Source: Candidatus Chisholmbacteria bacterium
Lineage (GTDB): Bacteria > Patescibacteriota > Microgenomatia > UBA1400 > Chisholmbacteraceae
Direction: 5' to 3'
Length of the DNA stretch: 64,000 nucleotides
Assembly: GCA_963704905.1 (NCBI GenBank)
Contig: CAVPHZ010000002.1
Span: 203,011 to 267,010, forward strand
The translations under genes were made by a program, and so were the position numbers. The notes under the pieces are model-generated. The model saw only the letters and a program-made list of their open reading frames with translations. It had not been told where the DNA came from and made no database searches. Numbering within the stretch: position 1 is the first letter of the stretch; the number at the start of each line of letters is the position of its first letter. Below, one piece after another: positions 40,163 through 49,154 of the stretch.

Positions 40163-40278
40163 TGTTTACATCAAAGAGTATAATGACGGATGTCCTCATT
40201 GAGATTCGATTAAAGCAATGTTTACATTGAGAAACGCAGTGACCAAGTGTTTACACCGACCAACGGAGTGAGGAAGTG
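40163..40278 (+). repeat. TG-TTTACA...GTG units, including a tandem 29-nt pair
   Basis: TTTACATTGAGAAACGCAGTGACCAAGTG followed by TTTACACCGACCAACGGAGTGAGGAAGTG (22/29 identical); a degenerate copy starts at 40163. Confidence 0.65.
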
Positions 40279-40414
40279 GCTAAGTTCTATTCGAAAATTA
40301 AATCTCGCGTAAAGCTCGCATACCGCACACCCAATGCCTATAGGCGTGCAGTTAAATTCGAAAAAATACGTAATTCATCTAACGCTCAGCCAAAACCAAA
40401 GGAGACTCATAACA

Positions 40415-41308
40415 ATGACAAAAAAAGTTAAACAGATAACCAAAGACCCTGATGGAACAATTCACATCAAACTGACAATTTCCTGGGAAAAAGTCAAAAC
40501 TGCATACAACAAGGCCTTACTCGATTCAAAAAAAACACTCGAGGTAAAAGGGTTTCGCAAGGGTAAAGCTCCAGACAAAATTGTTGAGGAGCAAGTAGGG
40601 AAACAGTCACTCTATACGCAAGCGTTACAATACATTTTACCTGAAGCATACGCTGAAAAAGTAAAACAGTTAAAACTCAAACCGATTGTCAGTCCCAAGG
40701 TGGAGCCCAACAGCCTTGAAGAAGGTCAAACCTGGGAACTTACCGCAACATTGGCTGAAAAACCATCCATTAAACTTGGCGACTATAAAAAAATTGTGAT
40801 AGGTGCAAAGGCTGCTAGCAAAATCTGGACTCCAGGAAAAGATACCGACTCCCCAAAACAACAAGATGACACCGTACAACAAAAAGAAGCCTCTCTCGAT
40901 GAACGGCTGGCAAAAATCTTTGATGAACTTATTAACGAGGTGAAATTTGACCTACCAAAATTTCTCATCGAAGAACAAGTAAATCGCCAACTTTCTCGTC
41001 TCTTGGAACAAATAGAAAAACTTGGTCTTTCTCTGGAGCAATACCTTATCTCTCTGGGCAAAACTAGCGATCAATTACGAAAAGAATACCACCAAGAAGC
41101 CGAGCGAACGCTGAGACTTGAGCTGATCTTAAATGAAATTGCCAATGATCTGAAAACAACTGTTTTTGAAGAAGAAGTAGATAGACTTATAGATTCAGTC
41201 GGCGATGAGAAGCTGAAGGAAACATTGAAAAGTAACGCTCATGAGCGAGATGCCATCCGGGCCAGTTTACGAAAACGAAAAGTGACCGACGAACTGCTCA
41301 AAATGTAA
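40415..41308 (+). CDS. tig: Trigger factor (lacks PPIase domain)
   Basis: KGFRKGKAP ribosome-binding signature; short length; AAAGGAG upstream of ATG 40415. Confidence 0.9.
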   Translation: MTKKVKQITKDPDGTIHIKLTISWEKVKTAYNKALLDSKKTLEVKGFRKGKAPDKIVEEQVGKQSLYTQALQYILPEAYAEKVKQLKLKPIVSPKVEPNSLEEGQTWELTATLAEKPSIKLGDYKKIVIGAKAASKIWTPGKDTDSPKQQDDTVQQKEASLDERLAKIFDELINEVKFDLPKFLIEEQVNRQLSRLLEQIEKLGLSLEQYLISLGKTSDQLRKEYHQEAERTLRLELILNEIANDLKTTVFEEEVDRLIDSVGDEKLKETLKSNAHERDAIRASLRKRKVTDELLKM

Positions 41309-41416
41309 TTATGATTTAATATCCCATAATATTCTTGACTTGGAAGAATATTTATGCTAATATTCGTCAAACTTCCTCAAGCAGGAAGTATATTTTGGTA
41401 CTGTACTTGAGCAATT

Positions 41417-42049
41417 ATGAATAACAAGAAAAAACAAAACAACTTCCGTTCAGACAGTTTCTTTGAAGCTTTTCGAGAACTTGGGGGTGGGACTCGTCAG
41501 GCTGCTAAGGATGCTGCCATGGGTATTGGTGGAGATATGATTCGCCAAGTCACCCAAAAGAACTGGACTCCACAGCCACTTTCCGGTGAAATTTCCATGG
41601 GAGAACATCTTGATATCGACATAGAAATACAGAGAAGGGAAAAAGACATCATCAAGAAAGAGCGGTCCCACCTTGAGTATGTAAGAAGAGAAGAACAGCT
41701 TGTGTTTAATAGGAAAGAAGAACAACTAAAAGAACAAATAAAATCCATCCAAGAGGAACTAAAGAAAGAACTCGAAAAACTCGCCGAAGAAGCCGGAGGA
41801 CTAGTTGGAGAACTTGAAATTGCAGTCGAGCAAACAATTGTCAGCCCTGGTACGTATCATCTAAACTTTTTCGATAAAATCCGACAACTCTTTATCTTGC
41901 TCAGAAAACGTGTTCATGAATCTAAAACCTGGATGCACACCGTCAATAGTCGATCCTCACACAGATCATTCTATTGGGGTAGTGTCGGCAAGTCGGGAAC
42001 CAAATTCATGCTCTCTCAAGAGAGATATATGTCTACTCAGGCTGGATAA
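41417..42049 (+). CDS. Conserved CPR-type hypothetical protein (DUF5660-like)
   Basis: Coiled coil followed by PGTYHLNFF...W...YW...GTKFMLSQER...TQAG; family name from recall only. Confidence 0.65.
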   Translation: MNNKKKQNNFRSDSFFEAFRELGGGTRQAAKDAAMGIGGDMIRQVTQKNWTPQPLSGEISMGEHLDIDIEIQRREKDIIKKERSHLEYVRREEQLVFNRKEEQLKEQIKSIQEELKKELEKLAEEAGGLVGELEIAVEQTIVSPGTYHLNFFDKIRQLFILLRKRVHESKTWMHTVNSRSSHRSFYWGSVGKSGTKFMLSQERYMSTQAG

Positions 42050-42082
42050 CCTCTTACGAATTCAATAAGTTTTTTTTAGTGC

Positions 42083-42112
42083 TTGACACATCCATTACAT
42101 ATTTGCTAAATA
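42083..42112 (+). promoter_or_regulatory. Sigma70-type promoter
   Basis: TTGACA at 42083 and TG-c-TAAATA at 42104-42112. Confidence 0.55.
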
Positions 42113-42120
42113 TAACAATT

Positions 42121-42210
42121 ATGAACAAAGTCTCTCAAACCTACATGCTTATTGATCCTATTTTTGTCCTTATTACCAAGGGCAGTTTTGGTTTGGGGGA
42201 AACGTTGTAA
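42121..42210 (+). CDS. Leader peptide 1 (29 aa, MNKVSQTYMLIDPIFVLITKGSFGLGETL)
   Basis: ATG ORF directly after the promoter; its 3' end contains the antiterminator strand. Confidence 0.65.
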   Translation: MNKVSQTYMLIDPIFVLITKGSFGLGETL

Positions 42211-42238
42211 ATAAAAATTAAAAATAAGCAAAAACACG

Positions 42239-42264
42239 AAACCTCCAAACCAGGAGGTTTTTTT
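42239..42264 (+). terminator. Attenuator terminator upstream of the ATP-grasp gene
   Basis: AAACCTCC-AAACCA-GGAGGTTT-TTTT; alternative pairing of 42189-42199 with 42242-42252. Confidence 0.75.
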
Positions 42265-42278
42265 GTTTCTAAAGGAAT

Positions 42279-43895
42279 ATGAAACAAGAACGCGACATAC
42301 TAATCTATCCAAGTCACGATTTCGAAGTAGGGAATCACAACGTTGTTAGTCAAGACTTAAAAAGTGGTAAAAGTGTTGGACTGTTGGATGGAGCTTCTCC
42401 GAAAACACAATTGGATGTAGGAGGTCACTATGACTTCCGAAGCATAGATCAGTTGATGAACCAAGAAGCCAAGGGGTACGTACTTACTACAGATGCGGAT
42501 CGGTTGTTCGCCCAAGTTCTCTATCGAGGAATACTCGCAAATCGAAGCTTAACAGCTGTTGAAAGATTGCAAGATATTCCTACAAAGAAAGGGGAAGTTG
42601 GATTGTATATTCCATATGTGAACTTTTATCCACCCGAATTTCCTAACACTGCAACTTGGAAGAGATATGGACTTCCGACAGAAGTTGCTCAACGTGCACA
42701 AAATAAAGCTGACTTCCACAATTGGTTAGTCAAAGAAGGATTTGCAGAACATACTCCTAATCATATCGTTAGCAATGTTGAATCTATCCCAAACCTCGGT
42801 CAAAACATGATCAGACAAATTGATCAGATGTACTCTCAAGCCGCTATGCAAAGTGAGTATCCTTTAGGGCTAATGATCAGAGCAGCTAGAAGCGACGGAA
42901 ATTATGGTGCAGCAAAAGTGGTTCAGCTTGTAGAGGGTGAAACTATTATTGAAAATCATGAAGGTCTAGATATTGTAAGACGGTTTAAGGCTGGAGATAT
43001 TCTTATGTACCCAGATGGAAAGAAAAGGGGTATCAAAAAATTCTCGGAATGGCCAAGGGCTCTGGAAGCAGCTTCAAAGCATATTGAGGGTGCTATGGAT
43101 ATGAACGTCGACAGCAGAGTCGTGATGTCAAGACTCTTAGACTTGGAAGCATCCCCTGGAATAAGTGCCGTAATTATAAAAGGTATAGCTCACACATTTA
43201 GATGGAATGGTCAATGGCAAGAAGATGGAGAAAGCGCTTGTACTGGAACGATGAGCTATGATCTCGCACATGATGGAAAAATCGAGGCTGATTACTTTGA
43301 GCAAAGTCAAGAGGTATATGTAAGAGTTCTAAGTAAAATGCTGGTAGGTCAAGAAAATCTCGAAGATATTTATGCCAAGAACAACATGGATCTCATGATA
43401 CCAGGAAGGCTAGAGAGAAAGCTATGGCAAAGAGCTCAAAGAGACCCTTCCCTGTTTAAATATCTTGGAACTGTTGGAAGAAATAATCTGGAATATATGC
43501 CGAGAATCTATTCGTCCCAGGATGTACTTATTGCTGAAGATAATCCAAGAGACACGAACTGGACTCTGGCTGTGCAAGCTGTTTTACAAGCTCTACAACG
43601 TCAGTTTACCCTGGAAAATATGCTAGCAATTGCGAATGGACTAGATGGTCAGATTATAGCTAGAGATGTATGGCCTTTACCTGAAGCCCTAAGGGGAGAA
43701 GATATGGATAAGGTTCGTGATACTCTACTCGAATTTCATGAGAGAGTTAAGAGAAGAGGAGATGGTTTCATTTTACGAATGCCCGATTTACCAAAAGCAG
43801 GAGCTATAGCCTATACAACTGATGTGTCAAGAACTCCGTACGGTTTGTTTGATGAGGCCTACGGAGCACTAAATTCAAATAATCTAGGACTATGA
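42279..43895 (+). CDS. Divergent ATP-grasp-fold carboxylate-amine ligase
   Basis: QNKADFH, IRAARSDGNYG, NNMDLM and AEDNPR (ExNxR) pattern. Confidence 0.6.
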   Translation: MKQERDILIYPSHDFEVGNHNVVSQDLKSGKSVGLLDGASPKTQLDVGGHYDFRSIDQLMNQEAKGYVLTTDADRLFAQVLYRGILANRSLTAVERLQDIPTKKGEVGLYIPYVNFYPPEFPNTATWKRYGLPTEVAQRAQNKADFHNWLVKEGFAEHTPNHIVSNVESIPNLGQNMIRQIDQMYSQAAMQSEYPLGLMIRAARSDGNYGAAKVVQLVEGETIIENHEGLDIVRRFKAGDILMYPDGKKRGIKKFSEWPRALEAASKHIEGAMDMNVDSRVVMSRLLDLEASPGISAVIIKGIAHTFRWNGQWQEDGESACTGTMSYDLAHDGKIEADYFEQSQEVYVRVLSKMLVGQENLEDIYAKNNMDLMIPGRLERKLWQRAQRDPSLFKYLGTVGRNNLEYMPRIYSSQDVLIAEDNPRDTNWTLAVQAVLQALQRQFTLENMLAIANGLDGQIIARDVWPLPEALRGEDMDKVRDTLLEFHERVKRRGDGFILRMPDLPKAGAIAYTTDVSRTPYGLFDEAYGALNSNNLGL

Positions 43896-44626
43896 AAAAA
43901 CCAACTCTCCTTCTCCAATTCAGAACCGACAGATCAGAGATCCATGAGCAAACCTGCATTATGAAAAAAGGTGGATACCTGCCAGATGAACTCAAAATTA
44001 TTAACGTATTAAAAAATGGAAATACTCTTCCTAAGCCAGAAGCTCTTGATAACTATCAAGCAGTAATTACCGGCGCTTCAGGACAATACAACACTACAGA
44101 TTGGCCTCCAGATATCCGTAGGAAAGTTGAGAAATTCCTTCCATTGCTAAGAGAAATCATTAAAAGAGATAAGCCACTCCTAGCTATCTGTTTCGGACAC
44201 CAAATAATTGCCAACCTCCTCGAGGGAAAAGTAGAGAATGATGAGGATCAAGCTGAAACAGGCACTATTTCTGTCTCGTTAACCAAGGAGGGAAGAAAAT
44301 CGGATCTATTCGAAAATATTCCAGATAATTTCCATGTTGTTCTTGGTCATAAGGACTCTGTAACGAAACTGCCAAAACAGGCAATGCTATTGGCAAAATC
44401 TAAAACGTGCCGAGTAGAGGCGTACAAAATTAAAAACAATATCTATTCAGTCCAGTTTCACCCAGAACTCGATTTAGATGGTCTTATTTGGCGTTTAAAA
44501 CTATATCCTGAGTACCTAAAAGGGAAAACTTTTAAACAAGTTCGCTCTGAATATAACGAAATACCATACGCATCCAAAATCATAGAGAATTTTAAAAAAA
44601 TAACTTTCAAGAACGGTTTTAAATAG
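43892..44626 (+). CDS. Class I glutamine amidotransferase / gamma-glutamyl hydrolase-like protein
   Basis: LAICFGHQ nucleophile elbow and VQFHPE. Confidence 0.92.
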   Translation: MKKPTLLLQFRTDRSEIHEQTCIMKKGGYLPDELKIINVLKNGNTLPKPEALDNYQAVITGASGQYNTTDWPPDIRRKVEKFLPLLREIIKRDKPLLAICFGHQIIANLLEGKVENDEDQAETGTISVSLTKEGRKSDLFENIPDNFHVVLGHKDSVTKLPKQAMLLAKSKTCRVEAYKIKNNIYSVQFHPELDLDGLIWRLKLYPEYLKGKTFKQVRSEYNEIPYASKIIENFKKITFKNGFK

Positions 44627-44667
44627 TAATTAATAATCAATAATGTAACTTGATAAACCTAACAAAA

Positions 44668-44748
44668 ATGAATCTGATTACAAGAATCACCACATCTTTT
44701 GAATTTTTTAGCTTCTGCAAAGGAGGTTGTGTTCTTGCGGAAAAGTAA
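44668..44748 (+). CDS. Leader peptide 2 (26 aa, MNLITRITTSFEFFSFCKGGCVLAEK)
   Basis: ATG ORF whose 3' part (GGAGGTTGT...TTCTTGC) is complementary to the downstream terminator 5' arm. Confidence 0.65.
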   Translation: MNLITRITTSFEFFSFCKGGCVLAEK

Positions 44749-44774
44749 CTACTAATAGATAGCAAGAAATATAC

Positions 44775-44798
44775 AACCTCCATTCCGGAGGTTTTTTT
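44775..44798 (+). terminator. Attenuator terminator / SD-sequestering hairpin
   Basis: AACCTCC-ATTCC-GGAGGTT-TTTTT directly before ATG 44799; the GGAGG arm doubles as Shine-Dalgarno. Confidence 0.75.
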
Positions 44799-46442
44799 AT
44801 GACTAAACAAGAAAAAGTAACGCATAAAAACATCGGCAGAGGAGAAATATTAAATCTTCATGGCCAACTGCTTCCGACAGGCAACCGAGAACCAGATATT
44901 CATCAGGGAGAGGGTGCTATTTTGATGGATCTGAGCGGAAACGTAAAACATGAACTGTGGCGCCTAAGAGCTGGATCAATTTCTGAGTATAATCCTGCAA
45001 TTGACGGAGACTTGATACCTTGGTGTCTTAGTCCAAATGTCAGTATACCACCGTTGCTACTTTCTCCCGATCAAATATTTATTGGCACCGAAGATGAAGA
45101 TCACTTAATAACAAGTGACCCTGAAACATCAGGGGACATGAACAATCTTAAACTTGAAAATATAAACGGACCCGAAACAGAGATAGATCCCGAGCTACTC
45201 ATCAACGCCATAGAAATTAAGCGTATCGGAGGAATGCAGGGTTTCAATGCAATTCTAAGGCACATCCAATCTTCACGGGCACGACTGCTAGATACTGCCA
45301 TTCAATCTGGACAGCACGCTTTGTTCCTGGGTGCACAGCCTACAGCATTGCTGCCGGACATTCACCCACACCCCTACTTGCAAAAAGCAGGTCTAACGAC
45401 TGCAAAGCAATATCTCCAACTAGATCCCGAAAGCCACACGCACCAAACGTACTTCTTCCCTTTAATTGGACAAGACTGGGCAACTGAAACGGATCAGCAG
45501 TATATGCGTGGCTTAAGCCAATTTAGCGGATTAGGTTTTCAAACTAATATAAACATTCCTGTGGATAATGAAAACTTAGCCGTAGAGGTAGGGAATAAAT
45601 TGGCTTTTTCCGACATCTCAATTATTTTAGCAGGCATCTTAAACTCTTCACCAGTCTTAAACGGTGTGCTTTCTGCACGCTCTGACACACGACTCATCGC
45701 TAAACGCGTATTAGCTTCCGCAAATCCACAAGCCGAATTTTATCCGCTTAAAGACGTATTGGAGAGGGTCAATGAGGAGGTAGTTTCAGGAAAAGTTCCT
45801 ACAATTGCCAGAGCCTTATGCCTGGGTGTTGATGGTGGTTCAGTGTTTCACGGCATGGGAATGAGGATTCGAGGAGATAGGGGACAGGGTAATTCAACCT
45901 GGGAAGATATGCTACCATCTACTGGAGACGATGAAATCCAGGCTGCCTATGCATACATTAAAGCCTGCCAAACCAGTTATCTGATCTACTGCCAATCACA
46001 TGCTATCGAACCGGATAGAGATGAATTCAACATCCAACCTTCAGACTACAGAGAATCATTGATCAACGATATCTCCATGTATGGACCAAAACCATACACC
46101 CGCAGGATATTCTCTCATCTTAATTTCTTAGAAAACTTTTTTGATCAAAATGCAATTCCCATTGAAGGATTCGAAGATGCTAAATTGGTATTCAGAAGAG
46201 CTCTACAAACCCCAACAAATTACTGTATCGAAAACTATTATCAAAGAGGGCATTATGACCACAAGATTGGTTTACTTACGGATCATCTCAGAGCCACCGT
46301 CAATCAGGAGATACAAAGTATTGGTGAAAATCCCAATCATTGGATCGACAAATACAATCCACAAATTGCATTAGCCGTTCATTCTGCAATGATGAGATAC
46401 GCCGTCTCGTTGGCGAGATACTACTCTCAACCACCTGTTTAG
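44799..46442 (+). CDS. Divergent glutamate--cysteine ligase family 2 (GCS2/YbdK)-like ligase
   Basis: EIDPELL...IEI, LFLGAQP and GFQTNINIP...N.L...LAGILNSSPVLNG...SDTR resemble the GCS2 core. Confidence 0.55.
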   Translation: MTKQEKVTHKNIGRGEILNLHGQLLPTGNREPDIHQGEGAILMDLSGNVKHELWRLRAGSISEYNPAIDGDLIPWCLSPNVSIPPLLLSPDQIFIGTEDEDHLITSDPETSGDMNNLKLENINGPETEIDPELLINAIEIKRIGGMQGFNAILRHIQSSRARLLDTAIQSGQHALFLGAQPTALLPDIHPHPYLQKAGLTTAKQYLQLDPESHTHQTYFFPLIGQDWATETDQQYMRGLSQFSGLGFQTNINIPVDNENLAVEVGNKLAFSDISIILAGILNSSPVLNGVLSARSDTRLIAKRVLASANPQAEFYPLKDVLERVNEEVVSGKVPTIARALCLGVDGGSVFHGMGMRIRGDRGQGNSTWEDMLPSTGDDEIQAAYAYIKACQTSYLIYCQSHAIEPDRDEFNIQPSDYRESLINDISMYGPKPYTRRIFSHLNFLENFFDQNAIPIEGFEDAKLVFRRALQTPTNYCIENYYQRGHYDHKIGLLTDHLRATVNQEIQSIGENPNHWIDKYNPQIALAVHSAMMRYAVSLARYYSQPPV

Positions 46443-46573
46443 CGTGAGATTTATTGCAATATGATTTATGATTATGAAAAAGATCTTTTGGCTGAATCGT
46501 TGTGTTTCGGTATAGATAACTTAACTTAGATGGATTGTCCCATTGACGAATTGAATCCTGATCCTTGAAACTC

Positions 46574-47983
46574 TTATAACCAACCCTTATAAATAATGTC
46601 TAACTTCTCCCTAGCGATTTTCCCTCCATCAAGGTCAACAGCTGTCAGTAGGAATGGATATGAAGCTTCAGTTCGACCAGACATCTCACTTTCAAATCGC
46701 TTAATCAAAGGCGCAAACCGCCTAGCATCGAGTGTGTACTTACCAACCAGACTACCATTCTCACGCACCACCGTTATGGAGCCGATTGGTGCCAGTCTCG
46801 CAGCATTTCCAACGTAGGCGAGTGCTAAAGAATTCTTGTTGACCGAACGTAAACTAAAAGACTTTTCTTCAACCCGAATATTCATACGTTGGGCAAGATG
46901 TCTGACAATAAACCACATCGTTGATGAAGGAAGTTGATTTACCTCAAGTGGGGGATAATACAACGTTTCTCCGTCATATGCCAGTACCCCCTCTCCTGGG
47001 CCATCCGCGATGACCACATTCTCGTACTGAGCATCAAATACACCAGGTTCCTGAAAGTTCACATATGATGCGATCCCACCATTTTTATCTACCGTGTAAG
47101 GTCCGAAGTAACCTGCCTCATCAATACCCTTGATATTACGCGCAAGTTTTCCCACTCGGCCGGCATCTCCATAGTTTGACGCATTTTTTCCCAAAATTGG
47201 AAACAAACGTTGGTCCGGAAAAAAAGCGATACGCAAACCCGATCCACCGTAAACTCTCTTTGGATGATTGAAATAATAAGGCCAATGTAAAGCCATTGCA
47301 GCCACATCAATCTGGTGATGTTCTTTTAGACTCACTCCGACACCGCCAGGTCCTGGTCGCGCTGATGGTCTAAGATAGGCTCTCGAAATTTCTCTTTTGG
47401 AGTTGGTGAGTATTCCCTCCCCCAAAACTGCAACCAGATCCCGAATTGCAAGATCAAATGTCTCGGGCAAACAGGGTAGCGAAAAAAACCTACTTTTCAG
47501 GGATATCTCAAATCGTTTCATCCGCAGAGGGTGCAAAACCAAATGTGCTCCCACAATTCTCCTGCCAGAGACTTCCGGCTCTACACTACTTCCTTCAAAA
47601 ACGCCAGAACCGTAATCTCCCGCGTGACTGGGTAATATCGTGGTTCGGTTGAGAGGATGCCATGAAGGCACGATGACTAGCTTGTTTTCATGGTAGGAGT
47701 AGACAAGGACATACGTGTTTCCTTTGCTTCCCTCTTCAAAAATATCCTTGCGTAGTCTGATCGATTCAGCGTCCGGTTCTTTATAAAAGTCAAGAATTCT
47801 GGTAGAAGGGAGATAATGAGCTATTCTATCTTCGATTCGTAAAGGAAATCCGAGTTGGATTGTTAGCTCATTAGTTGAAAATGATCGTTCAACTCTATCA
47901 AATTCCTCAAAAAGTGCTGACTTACGAAAATTCTTTGCCATTAAATTCATAGTAGCATTTCTATCATCAGATGTATGTGTCAT
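46574..47983 (-). CDS. PLP-dependent class IV aminotransferase-like protein with N-terminal extension
   Basis: YGSGVFEG, YLRP, GKNASNY (PLP Lys), DGPGEG, LPSST and GNAA...PIGSI. Confidence 0.78.
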   Translation of the reverse strand: MTHTSDDRNATMNLMAKNFRKSALFEEFDRVERSFSTNELTIQLGFPLRIEDRIAHYLPSTRILDFYKEPDAESIRLRKDIFEEGSKGNTYVLVYSYHENKLVIVPSWHPLNRTTILPSHAGDYGSGVFEGSSVEPEVSGRRIVGAHLVLHPLRMKRFEISLKSRFFSLPCLPETFDLAIRDLVAVLGEGILTNSKREISRAYLRPSARPGPGGVGVSLKEHHQIDVAAMALHWPYYFNHPKRVYGGSGLRIAFFPDQRLFPILGKNASNYGDAGRVGKLARNIKGIDEAGYFGPYTVDKNGGIASYVNFQEPGVFDAQYENVVIADGPGEGVLAYDGETLYYPPLEVNQLPSSTMWFIVRHLAQRMNIRVEEKSFSLRSVNKNSLALAYVGNAARLAPIGSITVVRENGSLVGKYTLDARRFAPLIKRFESEMSGRTEASYPFLLTAVDLDGGKIAREKLDIIYKGWL

Positions 47984-48045
47984 CAAACCGACTATCCCTT
48001 TTTTATTGAATAACTAAGAGATATTTTGTACAATATCCTGATCTG

Positions 48046-48119
48046 GGGCGGGTAGCTCAGCTGGTTAGAGCGTTACGTTGACATCGTAAAGGTCAGAGGT
48101 TCGAGCCCTCTTCCGCCCA
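48046..48119 (+). tRNA. tRNA-Val(GAC)
   Basis: Anticodon arm TTACG-TTGACAT-CGTAA. Confidence 0.95.
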
Positions 48120-48126
48120 CCCAGCT

Positions 48127-48357
48127 ATGCCTGACGATAATGAAGAACTTCCAAAATTCATCGACAAAGATCGCAGAGTTTCAGCAATACATAGAAACAA
48201 GTACACGCTTGGTGTAAGAATCGGCCCAGACTTCAAAATTCAGTCGATAGTCGGAACCCGAAAGGATATCCTTGGGAGCAAGGAACAGCATGATTCTCCT
48301 TCGGAGAAGAAGGATGCTAACACCAACGATCCAGAATCCGATTCTAAAAACAAATAA
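48127..48357 (+). CDS. Small hypothetical protein
   Basis: 76-aa ATG ORF immediately after the tRNA. Confidence 0.45.
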   Translation: MPDDNEELPKFIDKDRRVSAIHRNKYTLGVRIGPDFKIQSIVGTRKDILGSKEQHDSPSEKKDANTNDPESDSKNK

Positions 48358-48418
48358 ATTACTTCACACCTCTATCTCCACTTGATCAACGGTAAGAGAA
48401 TGTGATCAAATAGTAACA

Positions 48419-48811
48419 ATGCCGGATGAACAAGGCGAACAATCCCAGATAAAAAGAGAGGGAAAAACAATCTACGAAGCAGGATACGGGGCCATCTTCG
48501 CGCGAAATTTTGTCGCTGGTTTTAGCAGAGCACTAGGTTCAATTTTTGTGTATCTGATACTTGGAGGATTACTCTATGCGCTGGTAACAACCTATATCAT
48601 CCCTCAAGTCCAACGTATACTTCCAGAATCATTCCCTTTCTTCGGGCCATCGCTTCTGCAACAACTCCAAACCCAACCATTATCTGAGGAAAGCTTGCAA
48701 AACAACCCAACATTTACAGTCTCACCGGAACAGGTAAATAACGCATTGGACATTATTGAACAAGCTCAGCATGAACAGCAAAAAACACCAACGCCGACAC
48801 CTTCAGAGTAA
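48419..48811 (+). CDS. Hypothetical membrane protein
   Basis: IFARNFVAGFSRALG plus a TM helix and a Pro/Gln-rich tail. Confidence 0.7.
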   Translation: MPDEQGEQSQIKREGKTIYEAGYGAIFARNFVAGFSRALGSIFVYLILGGLLYALVTTYIIPQVQRILPESFPFFGPSLLQQLQTQPLSEESLQNNPTFTVSPEQVNNALDIIEQAQHEQQKTPTPTPSE

Positions 48812-48908
48812 AATGTCCATGCAATTTCACAATCGTAAACTGAAGAATACGATTCCCATCTTCTAGTATTCGTTGACAGCCACTGCTATACTATTTAGTA
48901 GAAACAAT

Positions 48909-49038
48909 CTTTGCCTTGATCCAGCCTCACCAATTGGGAAGCAAAGCGTCAACCCGCGAACGGGGAGAATAAAGACCAAATCAGGATGGAACCGTCTTGA
49001 GCGCAGCGAAAGACTCCTGAATAAGGGGTCTTTTTTTT
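48909..49038 (+). promoter_or_regulatory. T-box riboswitch (Thr specifier ACC, ultrashort Stem I)
   Basis: Antiterminator CAGGA-TGGAACC-GTCT...AGAC-TCCTG; terminator AGACTCCT...AGGGGTCT plus T run; stem CTTTGC...GCAAAG with ACC in the apical loop. Confidence 0.85.
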
Positions 49039-49154
49039 GTATTCGTTATAAATTTTAGATAATATGCTTCCCGCCGAAGTGTCTGATCTCGAACATGGCA
49101 GGATGTGCAATTAGTCGAAACTCGCGAAACGAAGAAGGGTATCCGAATATAAAT

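Noticed and set aside
40163-40278. Possible mini CRISPR array
   Set aside because: Units are head-to-tail with no distinct spacers, only 2-3 copies are present, and there are no cas genes in the window.
48873-49154. 61-aa ORF and ThrS N-terminal extension
   Set aside because: The region is explained by the T-box leader, its terminator and the spacer before thrS.
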